From assembly GCA_022706235.1 (NCBI GenBank), contig JAKJCY010000001.1:19592-83591 (forward strand): a DNA stretch of 64,000 nt. Direction: 5' to 3'. How positions within the stretch are numbered: position 1 is the first letter of the stretch; each line of letters begins with the position of its first letter. The DNA comes from Candidatus Hydrogenedentota bacterium. Its GTDB lineage: Bacteria; Hydrogenedentota; Hydrogenedentia; Hydrogenedentales; CAITNO01. Shown here in pieces: positions 10,381 through 18,386 of the stretch. The position numbers and the translations under genes were made by a program. Under the pieces are notes generated by a model. The model did no database searches. It saw only the letters and a program-made list of their open reading frames with translations, and was not told the origin of the DNA.

Positions 10381-10409
10381 TTGGCAAATAATTCGAGATG
10401 TGGTATAAT
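10381..10409 (+). promoter_or_regulatory. near-consensus sigma70-type promoter with no protein gene downstream
   Basis: TTGGCA (10381-10386), a 17-nt spacer, then TGgTATAAT (10401-10409, extended -10). Confidence 0.4.
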
Positions 10410-10415
10410 TTTATT

Positions 10416-10551
10416 GCGCTCTCGAGTATAAACGGGTGGTAGCTTGGACTTGACGCCAAGCGGCGCGAACTGGGCCGTCGTGACTTGATCCTGCCCCGGA
10501 TTGGTCGGGGCTGAGCGTTCAAGTCCGATGGTCCTTTGTATTCATACTCGA
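10416..10551 (+). ncRNA. candidate small structured RNA, class unknown
   Basis: An 8-bp closing helix (10422-10429 with 10544-10551) encloses two hairpins: GCTTGG/CCAAGC (10442-10461) and GCCCCG/CGGGGC (10493-10511). GACTTGA occurs twice (10447-10453, 10482-10488) and its complement TCAAGTC once (10519-10525). Confidence 0.3.
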
Positions 10552-10576
10552 TTATTCAACCTTTGCCCGGGCCGAG

Positions 10577-10605
10577 TTGATTGAAAAAACATGCTGTAAT
10601 ATACT
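10577..10605 (+). promoter_or_regulatory. possible second sigma70-type promoter
   Basis: TTGATT, a 17-nt spacer, then TATACT. There is no convincing CDS downstream. Confidence 0.2.
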
Positions 10606-11330
10606 GATTTGTACAGGCCTAGAATTTGCCGCACCAGTACGCTGAATTTCAGCCCTGGACTTGGAGGCATTTTAGGACTGCACTATTTTTAATACTACTT
10701 TTATACCAAAAGAACCATTACAATGTTGATTTTCTGTTTTCGTCAACAACTCTTGGAAACGTAAAACGAAACGCAAAAGACGTTGACTTTTTGGCTTCCT
10801 TCGGGTACACTTATCTTGTCCGGCCTGTTTGGGGCGACGGGCGCTTCTTACGTTACGATCCCGATTTCCGCCGGACACCTTTTCCCTATCAGAACATCCT
10901 GTTTTTGGGGCGTCATACTGGTCACAGCAGGGTTGCTTCCTGCTTTACCTTCGGGTAAAACGGCGGAGTTAGCAACCGCCACTAAGTAGACGCCTTTCTT
11001 TTTTAACACAGAATAAGCGCACGTTGTCGCCGACCCATCCAATCTGTCGTATTATCTTCTCGAAAATGATACGCCCACGACCATTCCCTTCACCTCCGAC
11101 AATAGTCTTCCAATAAAAGACAACGGATGCCCGGGTGAAACCGGTTTCACGCGCCTGATTTCCACCCGAGCATCCTCAAGTATTACGCCATCATCGGCTT
11201 TTGTTCTGGGAAATATTACCACTCCACCTCCGGCCTTTCCTTCGGCTTCTCCTCAGGCGGTTTCGTAAGTCCCTTCACGTAAAGCGCTGGAAAGCCGCTA
11301 TCATTTATCTTTGCCTCAATCATGATATGC

Positions 11331-11600
11331 TTACCGAAGAGTTCCGTTTTGCGTTTTTTCGAGCTCGGCACCGTTACTCACAGACAAGCCCACCATGCGC
11401 AGCTCTTTGAGCAGGAAATTCTTTGCGGCATCCGAGCGGAGCGTGAAGTATTTGTTAATCGCGGGGTCTTTGCACTCGCCTTCCTTAACAATAAGTTTCC
11501 AGAGAACAGTTTTGAACCCCTCATCATTTATTCCGCTGGTAATGTTTATCGTATCGCAGACATAAAGACCATCAGGAATTTCAGCATTACAAATTTTCAT
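11331..11600 (-). CDS. hypothetical phage-like protein, possibly disrupted
   Basis: 89-aa ORF. A 35-aa continuation (11216-11323, MIEAKINDSGFPALYVKGL...) follows in another frame right after the stop. Confidence 0.35.
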   Translation of the reverse strand: MKICNAEIPDGLYVCDTINITSGINDEGFKTVLWKLIVKEGECKDPAINKYFTLRSDAAKNFLLKELRMVGLSVSNGAELEKTQNGTLR

Positions 11601-11604
11601 AAGA

Positions 11605-11808
11605 TTAATCTCCTTTTAAGTTTTGGCTAACGTCATCGGCATTCCCATGGCAATTTTCTGCCAGCCAGGTTTCGACTTCTTGCGGGTTGTAGCGAACCGT
11701 GCGGTGAATCTGGCGAAACGGCATCCCCTCTTTCCGCAACTGGTAAAGAACCGTGCGGGACATCTGTAATTTCTTTGACAACTCATGTTCTGTTAAATAT
11801 TCATCCAT
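11605..11808 (-). CDS. excisionase / AlpA-type helix-turn-helix DNA-binding protein
   Basis: 67 aa. LTEHELSKKLQMSRTVLYQLRKEGMPF..VRYNPQEVETWL is typical of small phage or ICE excisionase-like HTH proteins. Confidence 0.6.
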   Translation of the reverse strand: MDEYLTEHELSKKLQMSRTVLYQLRKEGMPFRQIHRTVRYNPQEVETWLAENCHGNADDVSQNLKGD

Positions 11809-12043
11809 AAAAATTTCCTTTGATTGTTTTGTGTTTCAGTCCACAGAAAACAAGGCAAGACTTCAATCATCAATCGTTCCTGAAAATGGCCGAAGAACAC
11901 GGCATGAAGATAGGAATTTGATGCGGAATCCAGAATCATCGGCTGGTGCTATCGCGTGCCGCATAACTGTGTAGTTTACTGAGAAGATGCGATGAACAAT
12001 GTCCGCTACGTAGTGATGTGACGCATAATATATACAGTTCTTG

Positions 12044-12541
12044 TTATTCGACCATGTATGCCCGGTTAGGCATTATCTCTGTAAGATGGTCGCCCCACGC
12101 AAGCCGCTCTTCGCCTACAGATTCTGCAGTCACCAGTCGTAACGACTTTAGCATGTCACGTGCCTGGACTACCGGAATTCCACTATACCTGAGAAACGCG
12201 TAAACAATCATACCTGTCCTGTGAATACCTGCCGAGCAATGCACATATACCATTCCGCCCGACTTCAAGGCAGTTGAGAGTTCAACAAAAAGTCTTTGTA
12301 ATTCAGGGATTCTTTTCTTGCCCGGAGGAGCTCCGGTTTTCATGGGGAACCATATCCACCCCATATTTGCTTCCCTGACCGCTTGTTCAATGCTCTTGGC
12401 GCCCTCTGCTTCGGACATCAGCGTGATAACATGAGTCACCCCTTTACACCCCAAGGCCCTGATAGTGCGTTTCCCCGGACGATGGCCAATAATAATACTT
12501 CCGCCAAGTATAGCAATCCCGTGACTGACCGATGTCCTCAT
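12044..12541 (-). CDS. dual-specificity / tyrosine protein phosphatase (CX5R)
   Basis: The active-site loop VHCSAGIHRTG matches HCxxGxxRT. Confidence 0.75.
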   Translation of the reverse strand: MRTSVSHGIAILGGSIIIGHRPGKRTIRALGCKGVTHVITLMSEAEGAKSIEQAVREANMGWIWFPMKTGAPPGKKRIPELQRLFVELSTALKSGGMVYVHCSAGIHRTGMIVYAFLRYSGIPVVQARDMLKSLRLVTAESVGEERLAWGDHLTEIMPNRAYMVE

Positions 12542-12961
12542 TTTTGTTTTCAGTCATACGTGTAACTGACCATTTTCTGAAACCGGCTCATGATTTATCA
12601 TTCCAAATAACCTTGAGTATAGAAGATAGTTTTTGGTGTCTTAGCTCAGCGGGAATAGGACTTTTCCCGAAAATTTAAGGTACTGCCCATGGCTGGAAGT
12701 ACCGACTCAGGGGTGCGTTTTTTGAGGCATATACGGTCTATCAATGCAATGCGTTTGGAGGGATGAGGAAAGTTTAGGTCCCTGTCCCAAGCAGATCGTC
12801 TTGATGAAACCTACCGGGGTATTCCTTGGCAAGATGCTCGCTAGCAGAGCCCGCCTCCGCTTCACACGGCACCTTCAAGATAACATAGGTCGTTTGAGAT
12901 GTCAATATATACTCTTATCCCACATAGGCAATCTACCTTTTGGCATTACACTTTCCCATCA

Positions 12962-12981
12962 AGCCGTAACATGTTACGGCT
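12962..12981. repeat. perfect 20-bp palindrome
   Basis: AGCCGTAACA|TGTTACGGCT, read directly from the sequence. Confidence 0.9.
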
Positions 12982-13389
12982 CTGTCACCTCGTTATCAAC
13001 TCTGCCCTTAATTCTGCCCTTAATTCTACCATCTTACCTTTTTTGACAACCGGGTAAAGTGATAGTAAATCTTCTCGGTGACGGCCATAGTGGCACACAG
13101 GCTGACGATGACGGTAAATAAGTTCTCATTTTAATCGCAATTAAAAATGTTTGACGTAGAGTGGTGAAGGGGTCCAAGTCTCTTGTCAAAAGTCCCGGTA
13201 GTTTTCTCGGCTAACAGTTTCCTGCCAAGGATCGTCACAGATGGCAAAAGTGTTGTCGTGCCTATCGCCCCAGGTAAGGATGCCGAAGCAATCGGGATTC
13301 AGCCGTCGTCCGGACCTGAAATTGATTTCATTCAGGACAAAGCACCGGGTGTCGCCGATAGCACCCGCATATACCCCGGGTTTTCCTCT

Positions 13390-13414
13390 CGTTCCCAAAT
13401 TCCATTTGGGAACG
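13390..13414. repeat. REP-like hairpin (GTTCCCAA type)
   Basis: CGTTCCCAAAT-TCC-ATTTGGGAACG, an 11-bp stem. Confidence 0.85.
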
Positions 13415-13512
13415 TAATCTCTCTTGAAATTCCATTTCCCTTTTCGCATCGGTCCGGCCGGTGTATTCCTGCGCTCTACCATGGTTGCGAAGTAGAACTT
13501 CGCGGGCAGCTG

Positions 13513-13550
13513 CGTTCCCAAGTGCAACTCTTGTCATTACCCACATCTTT
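13513..13550. repeat. outer inverted repeat, left arm
   Basis: CGTTCCCAAGTGCAACTCTTGTCATTACCCACATCTTT matches the reverse complement of 13873-13910 with a few mismatches. Confidence 0.8.
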
Positions 13551-13594
13551 TGGTAATGAATAGTAGCGGTAAAAAACGAATGTTTGAATACAAT

Positions 13595-13649
13595 ATCCCA
13601 ACGGGATTTAAGAACAAAGCCCAGGGTTGCGGTACTCCGCTACCCTGGG
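13595..13649 (+). repeat. family-A palindromic element copy
   Basis: A small hairpin ATCCCAACGGGAT, a linker ..AACAAAGC, then the core hairpin CCCAGGGTTGCGG-TACT-CCGCTACCCTGGG. Confidence 0.8.
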
Positions 13650-13772
13650 TTGGAAATCGCCCCCAATTCCCGTTTACCCCAAGGGGGTTGCGTCACATTG
13701 GTACAAATGCCGTATGGGAGGACCGACGTAACTCCGTTGGAGTAGAAAAGAGAGACGGAGAGACGTCGCTTA

Positions 13773-13830
13773 CCCAGGGTAGCGGGGTACCGCAACCCCC
13801 TGGGCTATGATATGTAATCCCATTGGGATT
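13773..13830 (-). repeat. family-A palindromic element copy, inverted relative to 13595-13649
   Basis: CCCAGGGTAGCGGGGTACCGCAACCCCCTGGG...AATCCCATTGGGATT is the reverse complement of the left copy with small differences. Confidence 0.8.
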
Positions 13831-13872
13831 CTGAATACCTACGTCGGCATCTCAATACCCTATCCTGAACGG

Positions 13873-13910
13873 AAAGATGTGGGTAATGACAAGAGTGCGA
13901 CTTGGGAACG
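13873..13910. repeat. outer inverted repeat, right arm
   Basis: AAAGATGTGGGTAATGACAAGAGTGCGACTTGGGAACG. Confidence 0.8.
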
Positions 13911-13945
13911 AGCATAAAAGAGTGCGACTTGGGAACGAGCATAAA
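13892..13945 (+). repeat. perfect 27-nt tandem duplication
   Basis: AGAGTGCGACTTGGGAACGAGCATAAA occurs twice back to back (13892-13918 and 13919-13945). Confidence 0.9.
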
Positions 13946-13959
13946 AAATACTATCCGTT

Positions 13960-14038
13960 GTATTCCGGCGCTCGGCCATGGTTGCGAAATGGAGCTTCAC
14001 GGGCAAATACGCTCCCAAGTGTAACTTGGAAACGAGCG
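13960..14038 (+). repeat. direct copy of the 13463-13530 module
   Basis: GTATTCCGGCGCTCGGCCATGGTTGCGAAATGGAGCTTCACGGGCAAATACGCTCCCAAGTGTAACTTGGAAACGAGCG parallels GTATTCCTGCGCTCTACCATGGTTGCGAAGTAGAACTTCGCGGGCAGCTGCGTTCCCAAGTGCAACT. Confidence 0.75.
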
Positions 14039-14059
14039 TGAAACTCACGTTAAAAGGGG

Positions 14060-16192
14060 CTAGTTTCGGGTTCGAGTTATCGGTTTATCCCCTAAAATCG
14101 GATTGTAGATGGCTTCAAAAGTGCCGCCGGTGGAAATGTGACCGACGACTTTTTCAGGATGCGCTTCCAGGTCTACAGGGTTGCCTGCTGCGTCCACAGG
14201 TTCCCCGTCTTCATTCACGGCAACGATGCCTGTGGGAGTAATACCCACCCCCTCCTCATCATAAGGGCGACTGACAATGATTTCTCCTACGGGAATGTTC
14301 CGCCCGCTGGCATCCTTTACGCTTCCGTCTGAACGAAAAGTGAAGGGCACATAATCATTTTCAGAACCGAAAACATCTTTTCCCAGGTTGAAACTTTGGT
14401 CAAGAACAATCTTGCGGTAAAGCTGAATGTTCTTCTTCATAGTAGATTCTAAAGGATAGAATAGACTCCCCTTGATATAAAGATTGCCGGATTCCTCGTC
14501 CTCGCGCAAGTAGGCCCGTTCCTCCACAAAAGCGCGCATTACCTTCTGACGTTCCAATAAATGCGATTTTCGTTCATCTTTAAGCATATTCGAAAGTGTT
14601 TTGTTGTCGAAAATGGCGTCAATATCATATTTTAAATTAAGTAACATGCTCTTTTCAGAAGCATACTGTTTCAACTCCTGGGCGATTTCATCGGGCATAA
14701 CGCCATACAGGTCGGCGCCTACCACCACCCTATAAAAGAAACCCAATTCACCAGCATCGGAACCTCTGTGACAATAATCCATTAATTTGGTCCGGTCGGG
14801 CCGGGTGGAATCATAGCCGCCGTAATCCATCTCGCGCCATCCCAGGTTCCCCGGCAGTTTGCGTGGGAACGACCAGACGGAATCAATCGTATTCCCGACC
14901 ATGCCGTGACACCCCAGGCACTGCATCATTTCTTCTGTGGTCTGCGGTCGGAGCTGCCCCTCGCGGTCTTCGATATACCCGGCCAGTACCCACCCGACAT
15001 TGTTGTCTATCCATCCCTGTCCTTCGTTTCCTATCACCACCCCATCATAATGGGCGTTATCATCAATGTCCCCAATGCCAACCGATTTCCACTTGTACAT
15101 ATAGCGCATTTCCTTGATGCGCTTCGCGCGGGTCCCGGGAAACTCATAGGCAGGCGTCCCCGGGTCTGCCGCGCCATCCACCGCTTCCCCAGCCTGACCG
15201 TCCGCGTTAAGATCGACATAATGCAGCGGATGGGTAAACTCGGCGCCTACCGGGAAAAAGCCCTTCTCAACAGGTACCGCGGCCGCATCGCCATAGTAGT
15301 GCTTCTCACTGGAGCTGCGGTTCTTTATGTTGCGTTCGAGGAGGTCAAGATTCTTTTTGCAAATTTCAAGGTTAAACTCCCCTCCCTCTTGCATAAAGGC
15401 CGCGGGTAATCGCAGGTAAATGCCGCTCACGCCACCGTTCAGCGGACTGAATATGCCGTAAGGGAAGAAATTTACCGCGCGCCACCCGGTATACCGGGTG
15501 TGTTCATCCCGCACAAAGCCTTCCTGGTCCACGTAACCATGTGTTCCTCCTGTCGTCGGGTCGGGTTGCATTTCCGGAAACAGGTGCCTGGGATTCAAAG
15601 ACGGAAACAGGACGAATTCCCCTGCGTCCGGATTAATCCAGCCACTGCGGCTTTTAGCCCGTACCCGGTCGTAAAGCGGCGTCCAGTTATCCTGCCGTAC
15701 ATAGTCAATGTCATTGATATCGGGCAAAGCAATCCCCGCCTTTTCAAGCCGTTCCATAACTTCCCCCGGAAAGATGGTGTTTCGCCACAACACTTTGTTC
15801 AGGTCCGGCGATGGAAAACTATATAGCACTTGATCTTCTGCCAACGGATAAGCATTGCCGTGTTTAATAGATGCAAGATAATTGGTGTGGCAGTACAGGC
15901 AGGCATTTTGTGTGCCATAGCCCGTTTCGATCCAGCACTGTGCCGGGATGGAGGGTTCCTCGTTATAAGACGGTTTGTATTCCGCCCCCGTCCGTTGTCG
16001 GAAATCCTTCGGTTCGACGCCCCTGTAAAAGTCTCCCAAGTCTATAATCTGAGGATTCAATTGTTGGGCGGCAAGCGAATGATGTGCTTGTTGTATTGGA
16101 CTATCCGGCACTATGTCATTCGCGGAAATTTTGTTTCCCACCAAAAGAATGGCCATCAACATCGTTACGCCCTTGGGTAGATATGGCAACAT
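14060..16192 (-). CDS. secreted protein with two CXXCH haem-c motifs, function unknown
   Basis: N-terminal hydrophobic signal MLMAILLVGNKISA. CLYCH is encoded around 15887-15901 and CLGCH at 14906-14920. I recognised no other family. Confidence 0.55.
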   Translation of the reverse strand: MLPYLPKGVTMLMAILLVGNKISANDIVPDSPIQQAHHSLAAQQLNPQIIDLGDFYRGVEPKDFRQRTGAEYKPSYNEEPSIPAQCWIETGYGTQNACLYCHTNYLASIKHGNAYPLAEDQVLYSFPSPDLNKVLWRNTIFPGEVMERLEKAGIALPDINDIDYVRQDNWTPLYDRVRAKSRSGWINPDAGEFVLFPSLNPRHLFPEMQPDPTTGGTHGYVDQEGFVRDEHTRYTGWRAVNFFPYGIFSPLNGGVSGIYLRLPAAFMQEGGEFNLEICKKNLDLLERNIKNRSSSEKHYYGDAAAVPVEKGFFPVGAEFTHPLHYVDLNADGQAGEAVDGAADPGTPAYEFPGTRAKRIKEMRYMYKWKSVGIGDIDDNAHYDGVVIGNEGQGWIDNNVGWVLAGYIEDREGQLRPQTTEEMMQCLGCHGMVGNTIDSVWSFPRKLPGNLGWREMDYGGYDSTRPDRTKLMDYCHRGSDAGELGFFYRVVVGADLYGVMPDEIAQELKQYASEKSMLLNLKYDIDAIFDNKTLSNMLKDERKSHLLERQKVMRAFVEERAYLREDEESGNLYIKGSLFYPLESTMKKNIQLYRKIVLDQSFNLGKDVFGSENDYVPFTFRSDGSVKDASGRNIPVGEIIVSRPYDEEGVGITPTGIVAVNEDGEPVDAAGNPVDLEAHPEKVVGHISTGGTFEAIYNPILGDKPITRTRN

Positions 16193-16445
16193 TACCGGTC
16201 TCCTTGTGCCAGTATGGCTCTGGCCGTTTGACTATATCTTTCTCTGTCCCGCTTTAGCATTGAGGCGCAAGACTGCACTGATGTTATTATAGAGATAAAG
16301 GCTGTGTAAACTATAAAGGGCTATGGGCAAAATAATGGTCATAGAAATCGACTTTATTCCGACAGCCATTAGAAGCCTTTACACGACACTTGAGTTCTTT
16401 TCCCTCTGTGTTTCTTTCACGTGCCGAAGGCATGTACAGAAAGCT

Positions 16446-17972
16446 TCACGTAATATACAGACTTTCGCTCGCAAACTCAGGGTCACTGGTGAGGTTGATG
16501 CCGAGTCTTCGCAAACCGGCCTCATCGCCCGGGGTCGGAATATGGGTCATGTGCATATCACACCCGTTGAGATGCTTCAGTTTCTCCACGGCCACGCTTG
16601 TAGCGGGATTGGAAGGCATGGATGCGCCTACCGCTATAAGTGCCTCTTCAAGGTCAAGGCTGATGCTTTTCCCGTCCCGTATGTTTTTCTTCAAATCACC
16701 GATGGCAGTGATAATATTTGGTGAAATCAAATGGATTTTGTCCGGGATACCGGCCAGATGTTTGATGGCATTCAGCACGGCGCTTGTCGCCGCGTGCATC
16801 AGGGGTGAGTTACCGCCGGTGATGATAGTACCGTCTTTCAGTTCAATGGCCGCGCCGCAATAGATGCCGTCATTCCCCTTATTGTTGGACAGGGCACGAG
16901 CGGCAGCCTCACGCGCAGGGATAACCGGACGTCGATCCTCAACCTGTATGCCCAGTTCATTCATGATCAGTTCGACACGTTCCACCGTTTCCTGGTCGGA
17001 AAGCCCCATCATATATTCACAACGATACCGGAACACCCTGCGTATAACTTCCTGTTCGGCAGCATACCGCACTGCCTGGTCGTCAGCAATGCCAAAACCG
17101 ACCCGGTTGACCCCCATATCCGTCGGTGACCGGTAAAAGGACTTTTCCCCGGTTATTTTTTCAAGGATGCGTCTTAACAGGGGAAATGCCTCCACGTCCC
17201 GATTATAATTGATTGTTGTTTCCCCGCAGGCTTCCAGGTGGAAAGGATCTATCACGTTGATATCCCGCAGGTCAGCCGTGGCCGCCTCGTAAGCCACATT
17301 TACGGGATGTTTCAGCGGAAGATTCCAAATCGGAAAGGTCTCAAACTTCGCATATCCCGCATGAATCCCCTTTTCGTATTCGTGATAGAGCTGGGAAAGG
17401 CACGTTCCCAGTTTGCCGCTGCCGGGGCCGGGTCCCGTGACCACCACCAGCGGATGGGTGGTCCCTATATAGGAATTACGGCCATAGCCGTCCTTGCTGA
17501 CAATCAGGTCCACATCCGTCGGATACCCTCTTGTGGCCTGGTGCGTGTATACGGTGATCCCGCGCCGTTCGAGTTTGTTTTTAAAAAAAAGGGCAGAAGG
17601 CTGCTCTTCATACCGGGTAATGACAACTGCGGTAATTTCCAACCCCCAGTCTTTGCGAAGATCGTCTATGAATTTGAGAACGTCAATATCATAGGTAATG
17701 CCGAAATCGGCGCGTATTTTTTTCCGGGCAATGTCTCCGGCATAGATACAAAGAATAATGTCTATTTTATCCTTGAATTGCTGGAGCAGGCGCATTTTTA
17801 CGTTGGGATCGAAACCGGGAAGCACCCGGGCAGCGTGATAATCAAAAATCAGTTTACCACCGAATTCCAGGTACAGTTTGTTGTCAAAACGTTCAACGCG
17901 TTCCAGTATTGCCGCCGTTTGCTCCTGTAAATATTTATTTACATCAAAGGCATTTCGTGTTTCGCTGGTCAT
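16446..17972 (-). CDS. DUF1846 (UPF0371) family protein
   Basis: [31 protein letters not shown] is the family's N-terminal signature. The start is taken at ATG 17972. Confidence 0.8.
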   Translation of the reverse strand: MTSETRNAFDVNKYLQEQTAAILERVERFDNKLYLEFGGKLIFDYHAARVLPGFDPNVKMRLLQQFKDKIDIILCIYAGDIARKKIRADFGITYDIDVLKFIDDLRKDWGLEITAVVITRYEEQPSALFFKNKLERRGITVYTHQATRGYPTDVDLIVSKDGYGRNSYIGTTHPLVVVTGPGPGSGKLGTCLSQLYHEYEKGIHAGYAKFETFPIWNLPLKHPVNVAYEAATADLRDINVIDPFHLEACGETTINYNRDVEAFPLLRRILEKITGEKSFYRSPTDMGVNRVGFGIADDQAVRYAAEQEVIRRVFRYRCEYMMGLSDQETVERVELIMNELGIQVEDRRPVIPAREAAARALSNNKGNDGIYCGAAIELKDGTIITGGNSPLMHAATSAVLNAIKHLAGIPDKIHLISPNIITAIGDLKKNIRDGKSISLDLEEALIAVGASMPSNPATSVAVEKLKHLNGCDMHMTHIPTPGDEAGLRRLGINLTSDPEFASESLYIT

Positions 17973-18143
17973 GGAATTCTCCCATAAGGTTCCGCTTGAA
18001 TCGGCTGATTCTAAATCCTGGGATACGGGATAGTCAATCAGCGGAGGCTGTCCTTTGCCCGGGACAGCGAATACGCGCACCGCTTCTCCTCCGCCAACGT
18101 TGGGCTAAACGGCTTCGCCGTGGATATTCTTTCCTGTGTCCGC

Positions 18144-18252
18144 AAAAAGGGGACAGACAACCAAATAGCAGCAAGAACTGGCAGTCTCTATGCAGCAATC
18201 ATGTGCTATTTGGCAGTCAGTCCCCTTTTTGCTCAGTCTTCTTACTTGCGTT
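18144..18252. repeat. family-B palindromic element copy 1
   Basis: Arm AAAAAGGGGACAGACAACCAAATAGC (18144-18169) pairs with GCTATTTGGCAGTCAGTCCCCTTTTT (18205-18230), 23 of 26 bases. The tail TGCTCAGTCTTCTTACTTGCGTTT is shared with the copy at 31991-32100. Confidence 0.7.
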
Positions 18253-18386
18253 TAGTCCAACAAAGTTTTTCAGTTGGCAGGGCAACTGAAAAAGCTTATT
18301 CGTTCTTCGTCAAAAACGGCTATTGCCGTCCTAAAGGCGTATTTTCGGCGGTTATCGTTGGTAGTGCAGCAGGAAAACAGGGTGGT

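Noticed and set aside
10416-10551. tRNA, tmRNA, SRP RNA, 6S RNA or c-di-GMP-I riboswitch identity for the structured segment
   Set aside because: The GTTCAAGTCC string has no complementary T-stem, and there is no D-arm or acceptor/CCA context. It is far too short and lacks a tag ORF for tmRNA. It has no GGAA-capped domain IV motif for SRP, and no long closing stem or central bubble for 6S. The resemblance to GEMM-I (GACGCCAAGC, CCGATGG) is partial and lacks a GNRA tetraloop and receptor. The class stays unknown.
10626-10958. 110-aa plus-strand ORF (and 10672..10878 -, 10783..10989 +, 10848..11042 -) as genes
   Set aside because: They lie in an AT-rich, low-complexity stretch, overlap one another, and have no RBS or recognisable motif. 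The region is more likely non-coding or decayed prophage sequence.
12637-12730. tRNA suggested by the string TAGCTCAGCGGGAATAGGA
   Set aside because: The D-stem does not close (no GAGC partner), and there is no anticodon arm, T-arm or acceptor pairing. A nearby GGTACT/AGTACC hairpin and T-run do not form a convincing terminator either.
13183-14241. ORF-track entries 13183..13563, 13186..13527 (N-terminal part), 13328..13546, 13550..13810, 13860..14048 and 13978..14241 as genes
   Set aside because: They read through palindromic REP-type repeats on both strands and overlap each other. The peptides they give (for example KFYFATMVERRN, NKAQGCGTPLPWV) are typical repeat translations.
18266-18293. 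Hairpin TTTTTCAGTTG-GCAGGG-CAACTGAAAAA as an intrinsic terminator
   Set aside because: In both orientations the T-run precedes the stem and the A-run follows it, so it does not match the stem-then-U-tract terminator form. It may just be a palindrome.
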